A DNA stretch of 64,000 nt from Leptolyngbyaceae cyanobacterium (GCA_965263355.1 CBDHHL010000056.1:1760001-1824000); one strand, 5' to 3'; shown: positions 9,149 through 19,208, counted from the first letter of the stretch. Made by a program: numbers and translations. The notes: generated by a model not told the origin, from the letters alone.

Positions 9149-10050
9149 TGAGACGGACGTTTCCCCGTTGGTTAATTCCCTATACGTTTTTAGCACCAGC
9201 GCTCCTAGTGCTAGGTTTAACCGTTTTTTGGCCAGCACTACAGGCGTTCTACCTCAGTTTTACTGAATATGGGTATGACATTACTCAGCCGCCCCTATGG
9301 GTAGGCTGGGACAATTTTGTGCGTCTGTGGCAGGATGAGACGTTTTGGAAAACGTTGGGTAATACGCTGGTGTATCTGGTGGGGGTAGTGCCTGTGCTTG
9401 CGATCGCCCCCCTAGTCCTAGCCATTCTGGTCAACCAAAATCTCAGAGGTATGAATTGGTTTCGAGTAGCCTATTACACCCCCGTAGTGATCTCTATGGT
9501 GGTTGCTGGCATTGCTTGGCGTTGGCTCTATGCTGAAACTGGACTATTCAATCAAATACTATCTAGCCTGACTGGCCAAACTATTCGCATTCCATGGCTG
9601 ACCAGCCCCAAACTGGCACTGTTCAGTGTTATGGCCGTTACCATTTGGAAAGGATTAGGATACTACATGGTGATTTATCTGGCCGGATTACAGGGTATTC
9701 CAGAGGATCTGTACGAAGCTGCCGCTATCGACGGTTCAGAGCATTGGAGAAAACATTGGGACATCACCCTACCGCTGATGGGTCCCTATATGTTTTTGGT
9801 TGCCGTTATTTCTGCCATATCGGCAACCAAAGTATTTGAAGAGGTCTACATTATGACGCAAGGGGGACCTCGCAGTAGCTCAAAAACTGTTGTTTACTAC
9901 GTTTATGAACAAGCGTTTGTAGACCTTGAAATGAGCTATGCATGCACGATCGGTCTTGTGCTCTTTTTAGTCATCCTTACCCTATCCTTAATCAGGCTAC
10001 GCATTACTCACAGTCAGGACACAGGTACAACATTGTCTAATGACCTTTAA
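9148..10050 (+). CDS. Carbohydrate ABC transporter permease (LacF/UgpA-like)
   Basis: EAA loop LYEAAAIDG, about 6 TM helices; TAATG overlap with the lysozyme stop. Confidence 0.93.
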   Translation: MRRTFPRWLIPYTFLAPALLVLGLTVFWPALQAFYLSFTEYGYDITQPPLWVGWDNFVRLWQDETFWKTLGNTLVYLVGVVPVLAIAPLVLAILVNQNLRGMNWFRVAYYTPVVISMVVAGIAWRWLYAETGLFNQILSSLTGQTIRIPWLTSPKLALFSVMAVTIWKGLGYYMVIYLAGLQGIPEDLYEAAAIDGSEHWRKHWDITLPLMGPYMFLVAVISAISATKVFEEVYIMTQGGPRSSSKTVVYYVYEQAFVDLEMSYACTIGLVLFLVILTLSLIRLRITHSQDTGTTLSNDL

Positions 10051-10397
10051 GCGACCTCAACGATGGCAACACAGCGAGTATCGACATCATCCACACCATC
10101 CACTGATAAGACTAGGCTGACCACTTCATTTAGCTGATACCGAGAATTAAGCTTTCCACTCAGCACAACAACTCGCCCTCTCTGGCGAACCTTTAAGCAT
10201 GCTAAAGCAGCTTTAGCACTACTTAGACGGTGTAAGACCCGCTTAGATAAACCCTGGTAATCAAATTCTCCATGCAGTCCAATACGTTCTGGTGGAATAT
10301 TTAACATCCAATGGCGCTGCTGAACAACGTCCTCATCAGCTAGCTGACACACCCTATGCTTGCGACCTAAAGCCAATTCAAAGGTTGAGCTATTCAT
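10047..10397 (-). CDS. BON domain (phospholipid-binding) protein
   Basis: IPPERIGL.GE.D..GL, VRQRGRVVVLSG, V.GV..V motifs. Confidence 0.75.
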   Translation of the reverse strand: MNSSTFELALGRKHRVCQLADEDVVQQRHWMLNIPPERIGLHGEFDYQGLSKRVLHRLSSAKAALACLKVRQRGRVVVLSGKLNSRYQLNEVVSLVLSVDGVDDVDTRCVAIVEVA

Positions 10398-10611
10398 AAA
10401 TCACCTCAACACCCTATGTAACTCCAATGACACCGAACAGCTTACCAACCTGCTTAGGCCATTATGCCAAGCATGACGTTAATTGACAGCAGCAGAGGAT
10501 GGTATCACCGCATAACCCTTTTGCGCTATCCGGATATTACTTTATAAATTCTAAAAAATCATTTAGAAGAATTTTGTGTCCCTAGAAACTTTTTAACATT
10601 TTGAGTTGTAA

Positions 10612-11088
10612 TTACTGCGTTAATAGCACTACCGCATAAGCCGCAATGCCTTCCTCACGACCAGTTGGTCCCAGTTTTTCATTCGTGGTTGCTTTGATGC
10701 CAATCTGATCAATCGCGACATCTAGGCGTTCAGCCAAACTTTTTTGCATAGTTGCGATATGGGGTTTGAGCTTAGGTCTTTCAGCGACAACCACCGTATC
10801 CAAATTACCAATGGACCATCCTCGCGCCCTTACCATCTGATAGATTTGGTCTAATAACTCCAGGCTATCGGCCCCCTTCCATTTGGGGTCGGTCGGGGGG
10901 AAGTAGCGACCAATATCCCCTAAACTCAGAGCCCCTAACATAGCATCCATAATCGCATGGGTCAGCACATCCGCATCACTATGGCCTAATAAACCCAGGC
11001 TATGGGGAATGTTAACCCCCCCTAAAATCAAAGGGCGATCAGGACCTAAACGATGGATGTCATAACCGTTGCCAATGCGAATAGTCAT
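10612..11088 (-). CDS. ispF: 2-C-methyl-D-erythritol 2,4-cyclodiphosphate synthase
   Basis: [25 protein letters not shown]. Confidence 0.97.
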   Translation of the reverse strand: MTIRIGNGYDIHRLGPDRPLILGGVNIPHSLGLLGHSDADVLTHAIMDAMLGALSLGDIGRYFPPTDPKWKGADSLELLDQIYQMVRARGWSIGNLDTVVVAERPKLKPHIATMQKSLAERLDVAIDQIGIKATTNEKLGPTGREEGIAAYAVVLLTQ

Positions 11089-11153
11089 GGAAGCTCCTCA
11101 GTTATACATGAATGTCGGGAATCAAAAGTTCAATAATGAATCTTGACGGGCCA

Positions 11154-11867
11154 CTAGCTTGACTCACTATTATTTTCCCACTGCTCTTGCTGCCAACGCT
11201 CATAAAGATCTGGGCGACGCTTACGAGTGCGGTCGATCTGTTGCTGCTGTCGCCATTGGGCTATGGCAGCATGGTTACCGGAGCGCAAAACCTCTGGAAC
11301 AGTCCATCCCCTGAATTCAGCTGGCCTGGTGTAATGGGGGTAGTCTAATAACCCAGACTCAAAGCTGTCATAGGACAAAGAATCTTGTTTGGCTACGGTA
11401 CCTGGTAGCAAGCGAATGATGCCATTCATTAAAGCTAAGGCTGGAATTTCACCACAGGTCAGTACAAAATCACCAAGGGACACTTCCCGAGTTATCACAT
11501 TGAGAATGCGCTCATCAATGCCTTCATAATGGCCACAAATAATCACTAATTGGTCCAAACTAGTCGACCATTGCCAAAACAACGCTTGTGTCATGGGGGT
11601 TCCTTGGGGAGTCATGAGCACTACTTCACAGCGAGGTCTTTGGGGCAGACTTTCAAGGGCTGAAACAATGGGGTCGATTTTCATCACCATACCCACGCCA
11701 CCACCATAGGGCTCATCATCTACTTTATGATGCTTGTCGGTGGTGAAGTCCCTCGGGTTAGTGATATAAACCTCAGCAATATTCCGTTGTAGAGCTTTAC
11801 CAATAAGTCCTGACTGTAATGGCGACGTAAAAAAGTCTGGAAACAAACTAATCAGGTCAAACCGCAT
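11154..11867 (-). CDS. trmD: tRNA (guanine37-N1)-methyltransferase
   Basis: VDDEPYGGG.GM, CGHYEGIDER, SLGDFVL, SGNH. Confidence 0.97.
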   Translation of the reverse strand: MRFDLISLFPDFFTSPLQSGLIGKALQRNIAEVYITNPRDFTTDKHHKVDDEPYGGGVGMVMKIDPIVSALESLPQRPRCEVVLMTPQGTPMTQALFWQWSTSLDQLVIICGHYEGIDERILNVITREVSLGDFVLTCGEIPALALMNGIIRLLPGTVAKQDSLSYDSFESGLLDYPHYTRPAEFRGWTVPEVLRSGNHAAIAQWRQQQQIDRTRKRRPDLYERWQQEQWENNSESS

Positions 11868-12910
11868 TAGTTATTGCTATCCTCGCGGTCATCAAAACTC
11901 AATAACCGATTAAACAAATCCACTTCGAGATTTGTCTGGTCTAGCAACCGGGCTAACTCATAGGCCCGTTTATATTGGTCTTGGGCCAACATCAGTTCAC
12001 CGGTAGCTTCATAAAATTCTCCTAACCGCTTAAAGGTAATCAGTCGTCCCCAATCGTTATCAGTGTTAAAAGTGAGGGCAATCCGTTCATCCAGGTAATA
12101 ACGGACCTGGGACCAGTCTCCTCGTTCACTGTAGACATCAATCAGACCATCAATGGCCTGCAGTTGGGCGGTAATATCTTCAACATCGCGGCTATAGCTC
12201 AAAGCAAGGCGATAGGCACCAATCGCTTTTCCTGATAACCCCTGGGCCAGATAGGCATCGCCCAGATTGTTATTGGTATTTGCTCGGCCTACTACGTTAC
12301 CTGCTCGAACACGGTACTCTGCAGCTAATTCATAGTAATCAATGGCTGTTAAGTAATCTTCTTGAGTGGAGGCTAATAGCCCTAAATTGCTCAAGGATAA
12401 GCCAATGCCTTCAAAGTTTTGAATACTGTAGGCAATGTTTAGCGCTTCTTCGTAGGCCTGGGTGGCGAATTCTACTGCTCCTTGCTGGAGTCTGAGAGTG
12501 CCTAGGGTATTCCAGGCAAAAATTTGGGTGCTAAAGTTTTGGTTGTCTCGTGCGATCGCAAGCTGACGACGTACAGCAGTCTCAGCACTGACATAATCAC
12601 CTAGGACAGCATAGGCACTCCCAATATTGCCATAGGTACGCTCCATAGATGCCGTATCCCCAATCTCATAGTAAAGCTCCACTGCCTGCTTCCAGGCGCG
12701 CAAAGCCGACTGATAATCGTCTTGGTCCGCCTGACGCTCCCCCAGACGCAAAAGCTGATCAGCCACATCTCGCTTCTGGTTAATCGCTTCACGGTTAACT
12801 GGCTGACGCAACTGTTCATCAAGGGACCCCTGGGCATAGGCAGCAGGCATGCTGACCAACGCCGTTAGCAATAAACCAGAACCAACTCGCATGATGGCGT
12901 GCACGACCAA
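11867..12910 (-). CDS. Tetratricopeptide repeat protein with signal peptide
   Basis: Repeated NLG..Y...G....A...Y..A units; signal ...PAAYA|Q; stop overlaps the trmD start. Confidence 0.85.
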   Translation of the reverse strand: MVVHAIMRVGSGLLLTALVSMPAAYAQGSLDEQLRQPVNREAINQKRDVADQLLRLGERQADQDDYQSALRAWKQAVELYYEIGDTASMERTYGNIGSAYAVLGDYVSAETAVRRQLAIARDNQNFSTQIFAWNTLGTLRLQQGAVEFATQAYEEALNIAYSIQNFEGIGLSLSNLGLLASTQEDYLTAIDYYELAAEYRVRAGNVVGRANTNNNLGDAYLAQGLSGKAIGAYRLALSYSRDVEDITAQLQAIDGLIDVYSERGDWSQVRYYLDERIALTFNTDNDWGRLITFKRLGEFYEATGELMLAQDQYKRAYELARLLDQTNLEVDLFNRLLSFDDREDSNN

Positions 12911-12956
12911 ATCTCTCCTAACAATTAACGTTCAATAAATTTAGATATTCACCAAG

Positions 12957-13664
12957 CTATACGTCCGGAGCCAGATTGGGCTGCTCTAAATCGAAATCAG
13001 ATACATCCAATAAATTTGTCAAATCGCCTGCTAAATTCTCCTCCGTTGCAACCTCAGTATCCCCAAAGTAAATTGCCTGAATATCACGGGGCAATGCTTG
13101 ACTCAAAGATTGCTGGGCATCTGTCAACAAGGTTTCCACAGATTTAGGGGAAATGCGTTGTCCTTCAGCCTGCAAATAAGCAGCAATGCGCGTATTACTC
13201 CAACGAAAGGTTTGGGCCATCACAATCACTAATCGATGTAAGGGTTGCAATTGCTCAAGCGCCTGGGTAACGTAGCACCAAAGTGGCGGAGAGGCTTCCT
13301 GAAGGTTGTAGTGAATCTCCTCGACGTCGGGTAAAACAGCCTGATTTATACAGGCCGCCGTCAAATTGACCAACCATGCCTGTAAGGAAAAGTTCGTTGG
13401 CGGCTCAGACGGCAAATCTAGACCACTGAGTTCATATAAGATATGCCGCCATGTCATGGCAAACAAGTATTCTGATTGCACGGTGGAGCGTGCAGAATGC
13501 CGAATCAGCGTATAAACTACCGGACTATAACGACAAAACAAAGCGGTAAAGTATTTACCGTCTTCGGGATGCAGCTTAAGTTGCTGCACCAGGTTGTAGT
13601 CGCTGTACTCAAAGAGCGACTTAACGATGGCATGATCACATTCAGGAAAATTAGGAATATCCAC
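12957..13664 (-). CDS. Sigma-70 (ECF-like) family protein, cyanobacterial type
   Basis: GKYFTALFCRYSP, region-4-like LEQL.PLHRL...FRWS.TRIAAYL; probable GTG start at 13664. Confidence 0.7.
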   Translation of the reverse strand: MDIPNFPECDHAIVKSLFEYSDYNLVQQLKLHPEDGKYFTALFCRYSPVVYTLIRHSARSTVQSEYLFAMTWRHILYELSGLDLPSEPPTNFSLQAWLVNLTAACINQAVLPDVEEIHYNLQEASPPLWCYVTQALEQLQPLHRLVIVMAQTFRWSNTRIAAYLQAEGQRISPKSVETLLTDAQQSLSQALPRDIQAIYFGDTEVATEENLAGDLTNLLDVSDFDLEQPNLAPDV

Positions 13665-13973
13665 AATACTGCAAACGAAGCTCCTGCCAACCACTGGCAG
13701 AATGGGCAGATCAGTATTAACGAGACTGAGACTACCGTATAAATAGCAATTACTATACCCAGGATCCGATGAATCTTAAAGATTTGCTGGGGAAATTCCC
13801 ATTTAATTTCGGGCAATCGCTAGCTCAAGGGAGTCATATTAGTCTTACGGTAAAGGATCGGTTAACTCGGTATCTTACCAGCGGCTAGCGAGTTTTAGCC
13901 TTGATACACTAGGGTCAATCTTTATGCCCACACTGTTCTCAGATCGATAGCATCGTTCTTTCAAAAGCCGCCC

Positions 13974-14552
13974 ATGTTTTTTTGTCCTGTCGTTTTTTCT
14001 ATACCACTAGCTTCTATCTGGCAAGGGCTACCGCTTGATAGCTTGATTTCTACCCAAGGCATCATGGTGATGCTATTAGTGGCCTACGCAGGTGCTATGT
14101 GGATGTTTTTGACCAGTGCCCCCAAAGTACATACGGTGATGGTTTCCGATTTAAATATTGCCCAGCAATTTTATGAGGGGATGCTGGGGTTATCCACAGC
14201 CGATGTGCCGCTCCATTATTACTACAATTACGAGCAAACGATGGGCACAGGGCTAGATCCGATGATGGGAATGGGGACAATGTCACGTTCAACTGAGCCT
14301 AACTATGGCAGCCCAGATGGCCTATGGTATCAACTGAAAAAAAATACTCAGCTACATGTGATTTCAGGGGCTAATCGAGGGCATAAGGATCGTCAACGCC
14401 ATGTTTGTTTTGATCGAGACTGTCTTGAATTGTTATTGATGCAAGTCCAAGCAAACGGAGTACGTCATAAAATTCGTCGCGAACGTCCGCTTAATTTCCT
14501 GGTTAAAGACTATGATGGCGAGGTTATTGAGATGGCCGAAGTAGCTGATTAG
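13974..14552 (+). CDS. VOC/glyoxalase family protein with N-terminal TM
   Basis: VHTVMVSDL..A..FY..MLG, RHVCF, FLVKDYDG..IEM. Confidence 0.85.
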   Translation: MFFCPVVFSIPLASIWQGLPLDSLISTQGIMVMLLVAYAGAMWMFLTSAPKVHTVMVSDLNIAQQFYEGMLGLSTADVPLHYYYNYEQTMGTGLDPMMGMGTMSRSTEPNYGSPDGLWYQLKKNTQLHVISGANRGHKDRQRHVCFDRDCLELLLMQVQANGVRHKIRRERPLNFLVKDYDGEVIEMAEVAD

Positions 14553-14578
14553 GGGTCATCCTAAACTCACTTGGGTGT

Positions 14579-15046
14579 ATGGGTTCTATGATCATCGATC
14601 TTTCTTCAGTCCCTGTTAGCCAGGGTACCGGTTATCCAGCCCCTTTTAAGGCTGCTGTAGCGGGACGCTCTCGTCAACGGGTGGGAAATGCCGCTGGGCT
14701 GACTAATTTTGGCGTTAATTTAACTACATTGGCTCCTGGTGCTCAATCAGCGTTACGACACTGGCACAGTCACCAAGATGAATTTATCTATGTGGTTTCG
14801 GGAGAACTTACTTTAGTAACCGATAGCGGGGCTAACTTACTCACACCTGGCATGATGGCTGCTTTTCCAGCTGGGTTAGCCAATGGCCATCACGTAATCA
14901 ATCGGTCTGAGGCGATCTCAACCTATCTCGAAATTGGCGATCGCACCCCTGGCGATCAAGCTGCTTATCCAGATGATGACTTGTTAGCCCTCTCAAAGGA
15001 AGAAGGAGGGTATTATTTCACCCATCGCAACGGCACCCCCTACTAA
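14579..15046 (+). CDS. Cupin domain protein
   Basis: FGVNL..L.PG..S..RHWH...DEF.YV..GE, NGHH. Confidence 0.9.
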   Translation: MGSMIIDLSSVPVSQGTGYPAPFKAAVAGRSRQRVGNAAGLTNFGVNLTTLAPGAQSALRHWHSHQDEFIYVVSGELTLVTDSGANLLTPGMMAAFPAGLANGHHVINRSEAISTYLEIGDRTPGDQAAYPDDDLLALSKEEGGYYFTHRNGTPY

Positions 15047-15056
15047 AGCAAGCTGG

Positions 15057-15809
15057 ATGAGATTAATCGAGGCCCTTAAGACAGTTGGTTTGAAGATGAT
15101 GCTTGATCGACCAAATCTTTACAGGGTAGCCAGAAAGTTATCACTGTTATGTATCTTTTTGACCAGCTGCCAATCCAATCCATCAGACGTTGCCATAGCA
15201 CCAAATCCATCGGCTCCACCAGCCATAGAAACTACGGCACCGCCACCGCCACCGCCGCCAAATTCCTATCTGGCTCAACTCCCCCCTGATGCCACCAGTC
15301 GATTGGTTGATCTAGGAGTCAGCATCGTGATTCCAACCTATCTAACGCAAAACATGACCCTAGCCAACTATGGAGTCGGTGAAACCTCCGACAATAATGG
15401 CGCTTATTATTGGTTGGTATATCGGGACAATCAAAACCGTTGCTTTGCCATCGAATATGCATCTGATGGCATCGAAGATATTTCACTTGAAAATCAAGCA
15501 CCTTTAACCAGTGAATTATTCGGCCAGGGTTACAACCTTTACCATGGCAAATTTCCTAATGGTGGTGATGGTGAATTGCCAGAAAGGGATTTATTTACCG
15601 ATTGGTTGGTTGGAGAAGATGGCTTCTACCGATTAATCGGCTCTGGTTTAATTAATGCCCAGGATTACGGTCAAGGGGATTGCAAAAATATTACGGTAGC
15701 AGAAGCGATTACGATAACTGAATCCTTCAGTTATCTACCCACTGATATTAGAACCCTAGAACTAATGCCTTCCCAATCAGATTTTGCTGAAGGCAAGTCG
15801 ACCCCATAA
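15057..15809 (+). CDS. Hypothetical lipoprotein
   Basis: Lipobox LTSC after a hydrophobic stretch; poly-Pro linker; start uncertain. Confidence 0.7.
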   Translation: MRLIEALKTVGLKMMLDRPNLYRVARKLSLLCIFLTSCQSNPSDVAIAPNPSAPPAIETTAPPPPPPPNSYLAQLPPDATSRLVDLGVSIVIPTYLTQNMTLANYGVGETSDNNGAYYWLVYRDNQNRCFAIEYASDGIEDISLENQAPLTSELFGQGYNLYHGKFPNGGDGELPERDLFTDWLVGEDGFYRLIGSGLINAQDYGQGDCKNITVAEAITITESFSYLPTDIRTLELMPSQSDFAEGKSTP

Positions 15810-15818
15810 AGATAGCTC

Positions 15819-15893
15819 GTCGCTCATTGGCAATGAGCGACACAACGTTGGTCGTTAAACCATAAAGGCTTGCTCATTGAGCAAGCCTTTATG
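15819..15893. terminator. Two near-perfect palindromes between convergent genes
   Basis: GTCGCTCATTG-G-CAATGAGCGAC (15819-15841) and CATAAAGGCTTGCTCA-T-TGAGCAAGCCTTTATG (15861-15893). Confidence 0.6.
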
Positions 15894-15973
15894 ACATAGT
15901 CAAAGCTATCAAAACAGCATTAACGCACGCCTAACTTGTGCCTCATCAATGACTGAAACCAGAGTCTCCTAAG

Positions 15974-16522
15974 TTAACTAAGGCTTTCAGTCACAGGTGT
16001 ATCAGATGCATTTTTAGCGTTAGATACTCTTTTATCAATGGCCTCTTGTGCATCTTTGGCAACAGTGGGAGTTTTATCAGCAGTTGCACTAGTAACAGTT
16101 GTAGAGACTGTGTTGGCAACTGTTTTTGCTTGAGATTTAACTGCCTCTGAAGCACTTTTCTCAGCAGAATTCTCAACCTTCTCTAAGCCAAGCTGCTCAC
16201 GAGCTTTATCCAAAAGGAAACTGACACCATTTTGGCTAGCATCTAGAAATGCCTGACCGGTAGCTGCTGCCGCCTGATTGCCATCCACTGCATCTGCCTG
16301 CTGAGTTTTCCACCACTCCCGCGCCTTTTGACCAGTACCAACGGCTGTATCGCTAAACCATGCACCCAAGACGAGGACAGAACAAATAAGTAACCAAACT
16401 AAAAGAGCTATTTCCTTAATAATTTTGCCTGTCAAGGTAAGGGCATCTTTATAAGTGCCTGCTGTCTTGGGATCGAATAGTAACTTAGACACCACAGCAG
16501 CTTGGGATTTAACGCGATCCAT
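15974..16522 (-). CDS. Hypothetical single-TM protein
   Basis: 182-aa ORF with GAGG RBS, one TM helix, Ala/Thr/Lys-rich tail. Confidence 0.7.
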   Translation of the reverse strand: MDRVKSQAAVVSKLLFDPKTAGTYKDALTLTGKIIKEIALLVWLLICSVLVLGAWFSDTAVGTGQKAREWWKTQQADAVDGNQAAAATGQAFLDASQNGVSFLLDKAREQLGLEKVENSAEKSASEAVKSQAKTVANTVSTTVTSATADKTPTVAKDAQEAIDKRVSNAKNASDTPVTESLS

Positions 16523-16716
16523 GACTATACCTCATTATTTAATAAAAAATGTGATAAAAAATAACGCTTACGATAGTGCACAGTAGGGCCATCCTAACTA
16601 AGGACAATAATCTGTCCTCAGACATTGTGGATAGTCTTAAGCTTTTTATTCGAACGACTAGCCTCCAATCCCTATCATTGGGTGTTTTGTTAAGCGTTTG
16701 TGAGTATCACCAATGG

Positions 16717-17661
16717 CTAGCTGCCCCATACTTTTTTCAGCACGTCGTCCGGCTTTAAATCCGCTAGCTTATCTGTGACAGAGGCAACACCTACAGCCCG
16801 TGTTTCACCTGCACCAATCGGCAATGTCTGACTCCGCGTTGTTTGCAACACTAAGGTAAAGACCTCTAGGGCCATAGCAACTTGGCTAACGTAGTTATCT
16901 GGGCTAATGACTAAATCAGCCCCAGCAAGGATAGCAGCAACTTGGCCCAGATTTTGAGCCGCAACTGTCTTGAGCATTCGCTGACGCCCCATTGAGGTAA
17001 CTAGTTCCTCACTATCTCTGGTTTCCAGCATTAGGATTGGTAACTGTGGCTGTTTAGACTGAAAATCATCAATAATACTGAGCCAGCTATTGACTGGATA
17101 ACTGTCTGCCTGGGCGCTGAGGCCAGGGTACATGACAACATAACCACTGCCTGCTAAGTCTAAAGATTGGCGCTGCTTTTCGGCCCAGGCAATATCGCCC
17201 TCAGGTACGTTGAGGGCCATGGCTGCTAACTTAGAAGTTTGGGCTAATCCTTGTAAAAGCTCTTGATACTTGCTGGCTGGGTACTGTGTTTTATCGGCAA
17301 TTACTGTATTGGTATATAGCCAGGAAATCTGAGCGCTGTTATACCCAATCCGCTTAGGGATACCGCTGAGCCAGAGCAATAAGCTTTCTTCCCAACGCTC
17401 ACTGGCACAAAGCGCTAATTCAAACTCGCGATCGCGAATAATACCTAATAAATTAGCCCAGTCAGCCGGACTATTTTGACCTTGATAATCAAACGGAATC
17501 ACCTCACTGACAGCCTTAGATACCTGATAAGCCTCTTTAGATGACGGCTCTACCACTATCGAAATTTCAGCATGGGGATAGATTTCGTGGATGGTCGTTA
17601 ACGTGGGAAAAAACTGCAGCTGCTCGGTAATTCCACCAGGGACTAAAGCCAGGACACGCAT
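16717..17661 (-). CDS. Glycosyltransferase family 9 (heptosyltransferase-like)
   Basis: MRVLALVPGGI..Q..FFP, SG.PKRIGY, GT9 fold features. Confidence 0.85.
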   Translation of the reverse strand: MRVLALVPGGITEQLQFFPTLTTIHEIYPHAEISIVVEPSSKEAYQVSKAVSEVIPFDYQGQNSPADWANLLGIIRDREFELALCASERWEESLLLWLSGIPKRIGYNSAQISWLYTNTVIADKTQYPASKYQELLQGLAQTSKLAAMALNVPEGDIAWAEKQRQSLDLAGSGYVVMYPGLSAQADSYPVNSWLSIIDDFQSKQPQLPILMLETRDSEELVTSMGRQRMLKTVAAQNLGQVAAILAGADLVISPDNYVSQVAMALEVFTLVLQTTRSQTLPIGAGETRAVGVASVTDKLADLKPDDVLKKVWGS

Positions 17662-17759
17662 GGGCTTTGGAGAATACTTCGCTAATCATTCTAGAGGAAG
17701 CTGGTCGTGCTAATACTGTTATCAGGTCACTAAACCAGGAAATTCTACAAATATTCTCT

Positions 17760-18494
17760 ATGCATCTACTTATACCGGCAGCAGGCATTGGCAAACGAAT
17801 GGGAGCCGATGGCAACAAGCTACTTCTGCCACTACTCGACCATTCCATTATGGGTTGGACATTAAAAGCTGCTGTTGAGGCTAACACAATCGAATGGATT
17901 GGCATTATCTGCCAATCCGTCGATGAACTAGTATTCAAGGAAACTGTGAGCAAACTTAAAACAGGCAAGCCAGTAATCTTTATTCGCGGCGGCGACACCA
18001 GACAAGAATCCGTCAATAACGGTCTACAAGCCTTGCCGGATGATGCTCATCAAGTGCTGATTCATGATGGAGCCCGTTGTCTTGCAACTCCAGCACTATT
18101 TGATCGCTGCACTGCAGCTTTCTCTACTAGCAATGGCTTCATTGCAGCGGTGCCAGTAAAAGACACCATCAAAAAAGTGAATGATTCAGGCATTATCGTA
18201 GCAACACCTGATCGCTCTCAACTGTGGGCTGCCCAGACACCTCAAGGATTTGACGTGGCCTTACTCAAAGAAGTCCATCAAAAAGGACAATCTCAAGGCT
18301 GGTCAGTGACTGATGATGCAGCTCTTTTTGAAAAATGCGGTCTATCCGTCCACATTGTGGAAGGGGAAGAGACTAATTTGAAGATAACGACTCCGGTAGA
18401 TCTTGCGATCGCAGAGTTTATTCTACGACAACGACTTGAATCATCTTCAGAAACCCAGCTTCTCGTAAATCCCAGAAACCGGGTTTCTGAATGA
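17760..18494 (+). CDS. ispD: 2-C-methyl-D-erythritol 4-phosphate cytidylyltransferase
   Basis: IPAAG.GKRMG, GG.TRQESV, IHDGAR, AQTPQGF, TDDA, NLKITTP; ATG at 17760. Confidence 0.96.
   Translation: MHLLIPAAGIGKRMGADGNKLLLPLLDHSIMGWTLKAAVEANTIEWIGIICQSVDELVFKETVSKLKTGKPVIFIRGGDTRQESVNNGLQALPDDAHQVLIHDGARCLATPALFDRCTAAFSTSNGFIAAVPVKDTIKKVNDSGIIVATPDRSQLWAAQTPQGFDVALLKEVHQKGQSQGWSVTDDAALFEKCGLSVHIVEGEETNLKITTPVDLAIAEFILRQRLESSSETQLLVNPRNRVSE
18446..18491. repeat. AGAAACCGGGTTTCT-type palindromic repeat inside the ispD 3' end
   Basis: TTCAGAAACCC...GGGTTTCTGAA inverted repeat containing AGAAACCGGGTTTCT at 18474-18488. Confidence 0.6.
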
Positions 18495-18650
18495 TTAAAG
18501 ATCGCCACTCCGTGCCACTAACAAAAAGATAATTGCTGGACCAGAAATAACTACCATTGCTAAGACAGTGAGCTGAGCCACTACCAAAAAATTAATACTA
18601 CTGACAAGGTCGATGAGAAAACCCAGACCCAAAATACCCAGAAGACCCAT
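18495..18650 (-). CDS. psb30: Photosystem II reaction centre protein Psb30/Ycf12 (51 aa; missing from ORF track)
   Basis: Manual translation MGLLGILGLGFLIDLVSSINFLVVAQLTVLAMVVISGPAIIFLLVARSGDL; GGAGG RBS; matches the IN..V..QL......GP.IIFLL..R.G.L consensus. Confidence 0.9.
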   Translation of the reverse strand: MGLLGILGLGFLIDLVSSINFLVVAQLTVLAMVVISGPAIIFLLVARSGDL

Positions 18651-18851
18651 TGAACCTCCAATGACCAGATAACCGTACTTCTCGCGCTCAGACGCATCGT
18701 CATTTTACCTGGTTCGATCCCATAAAGTTTAAGGAAGTTTACAAAATTCCAAGAATATTGATGGATATAACCACTAATATTCTCGTCTCACCCTATTCCC
18801 CATTCCCGTATTCTGGGAAAGCAAACGCTACCCTTGAAAAACCTAATAATT

Positions 18852-19208
18852 ATGGCCACCTGGCAATGTGTGAAAAACTGTGGTGCCTGCTGTAATCTAG
18901 CCCCCGCAGATCGGCCCGATCTAGCGGACTATCTGACACCGGAACAACTAGAAACCTACATGGGGATGGTGGGGGTCGATGGTTGGTGCGTTAACTATGA
19001 TGCCGAGCAGCGCCTGTGCAAGATCTATGAACAACGTCCCAGTTTCTGCTGGGTCCAAACCGATACGTTCGAACAAATGTTTGGCATTAAGAGTGATGAC
19101 CTCAATAGGTTTGCCATTGACTGCTGTCAAGAACAAATCAGCGGTGTTTATGGGACAAACAGTGAGGAACTAGAACGATTTCTGACGACAGTGGGGGAAG
19201 AAGTATAG
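18852..19208 (+). CDS. YkgJ family cysteine-cluster protein
   Basis: C...CGACC, C, CKIYEQRP.FC, CC motifs. Confidence 0.9.
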   Translation: MATWQCVKNCGACCNLAPADRPDLADYLTPEQLETYMGMVGVDGWCVNYDAEQRLCKIYEQRPSFCWVQTDTFEQMFGIKSDDLNRFAIDCCQEQISGVYGTNSEELERFLTTVGEEV

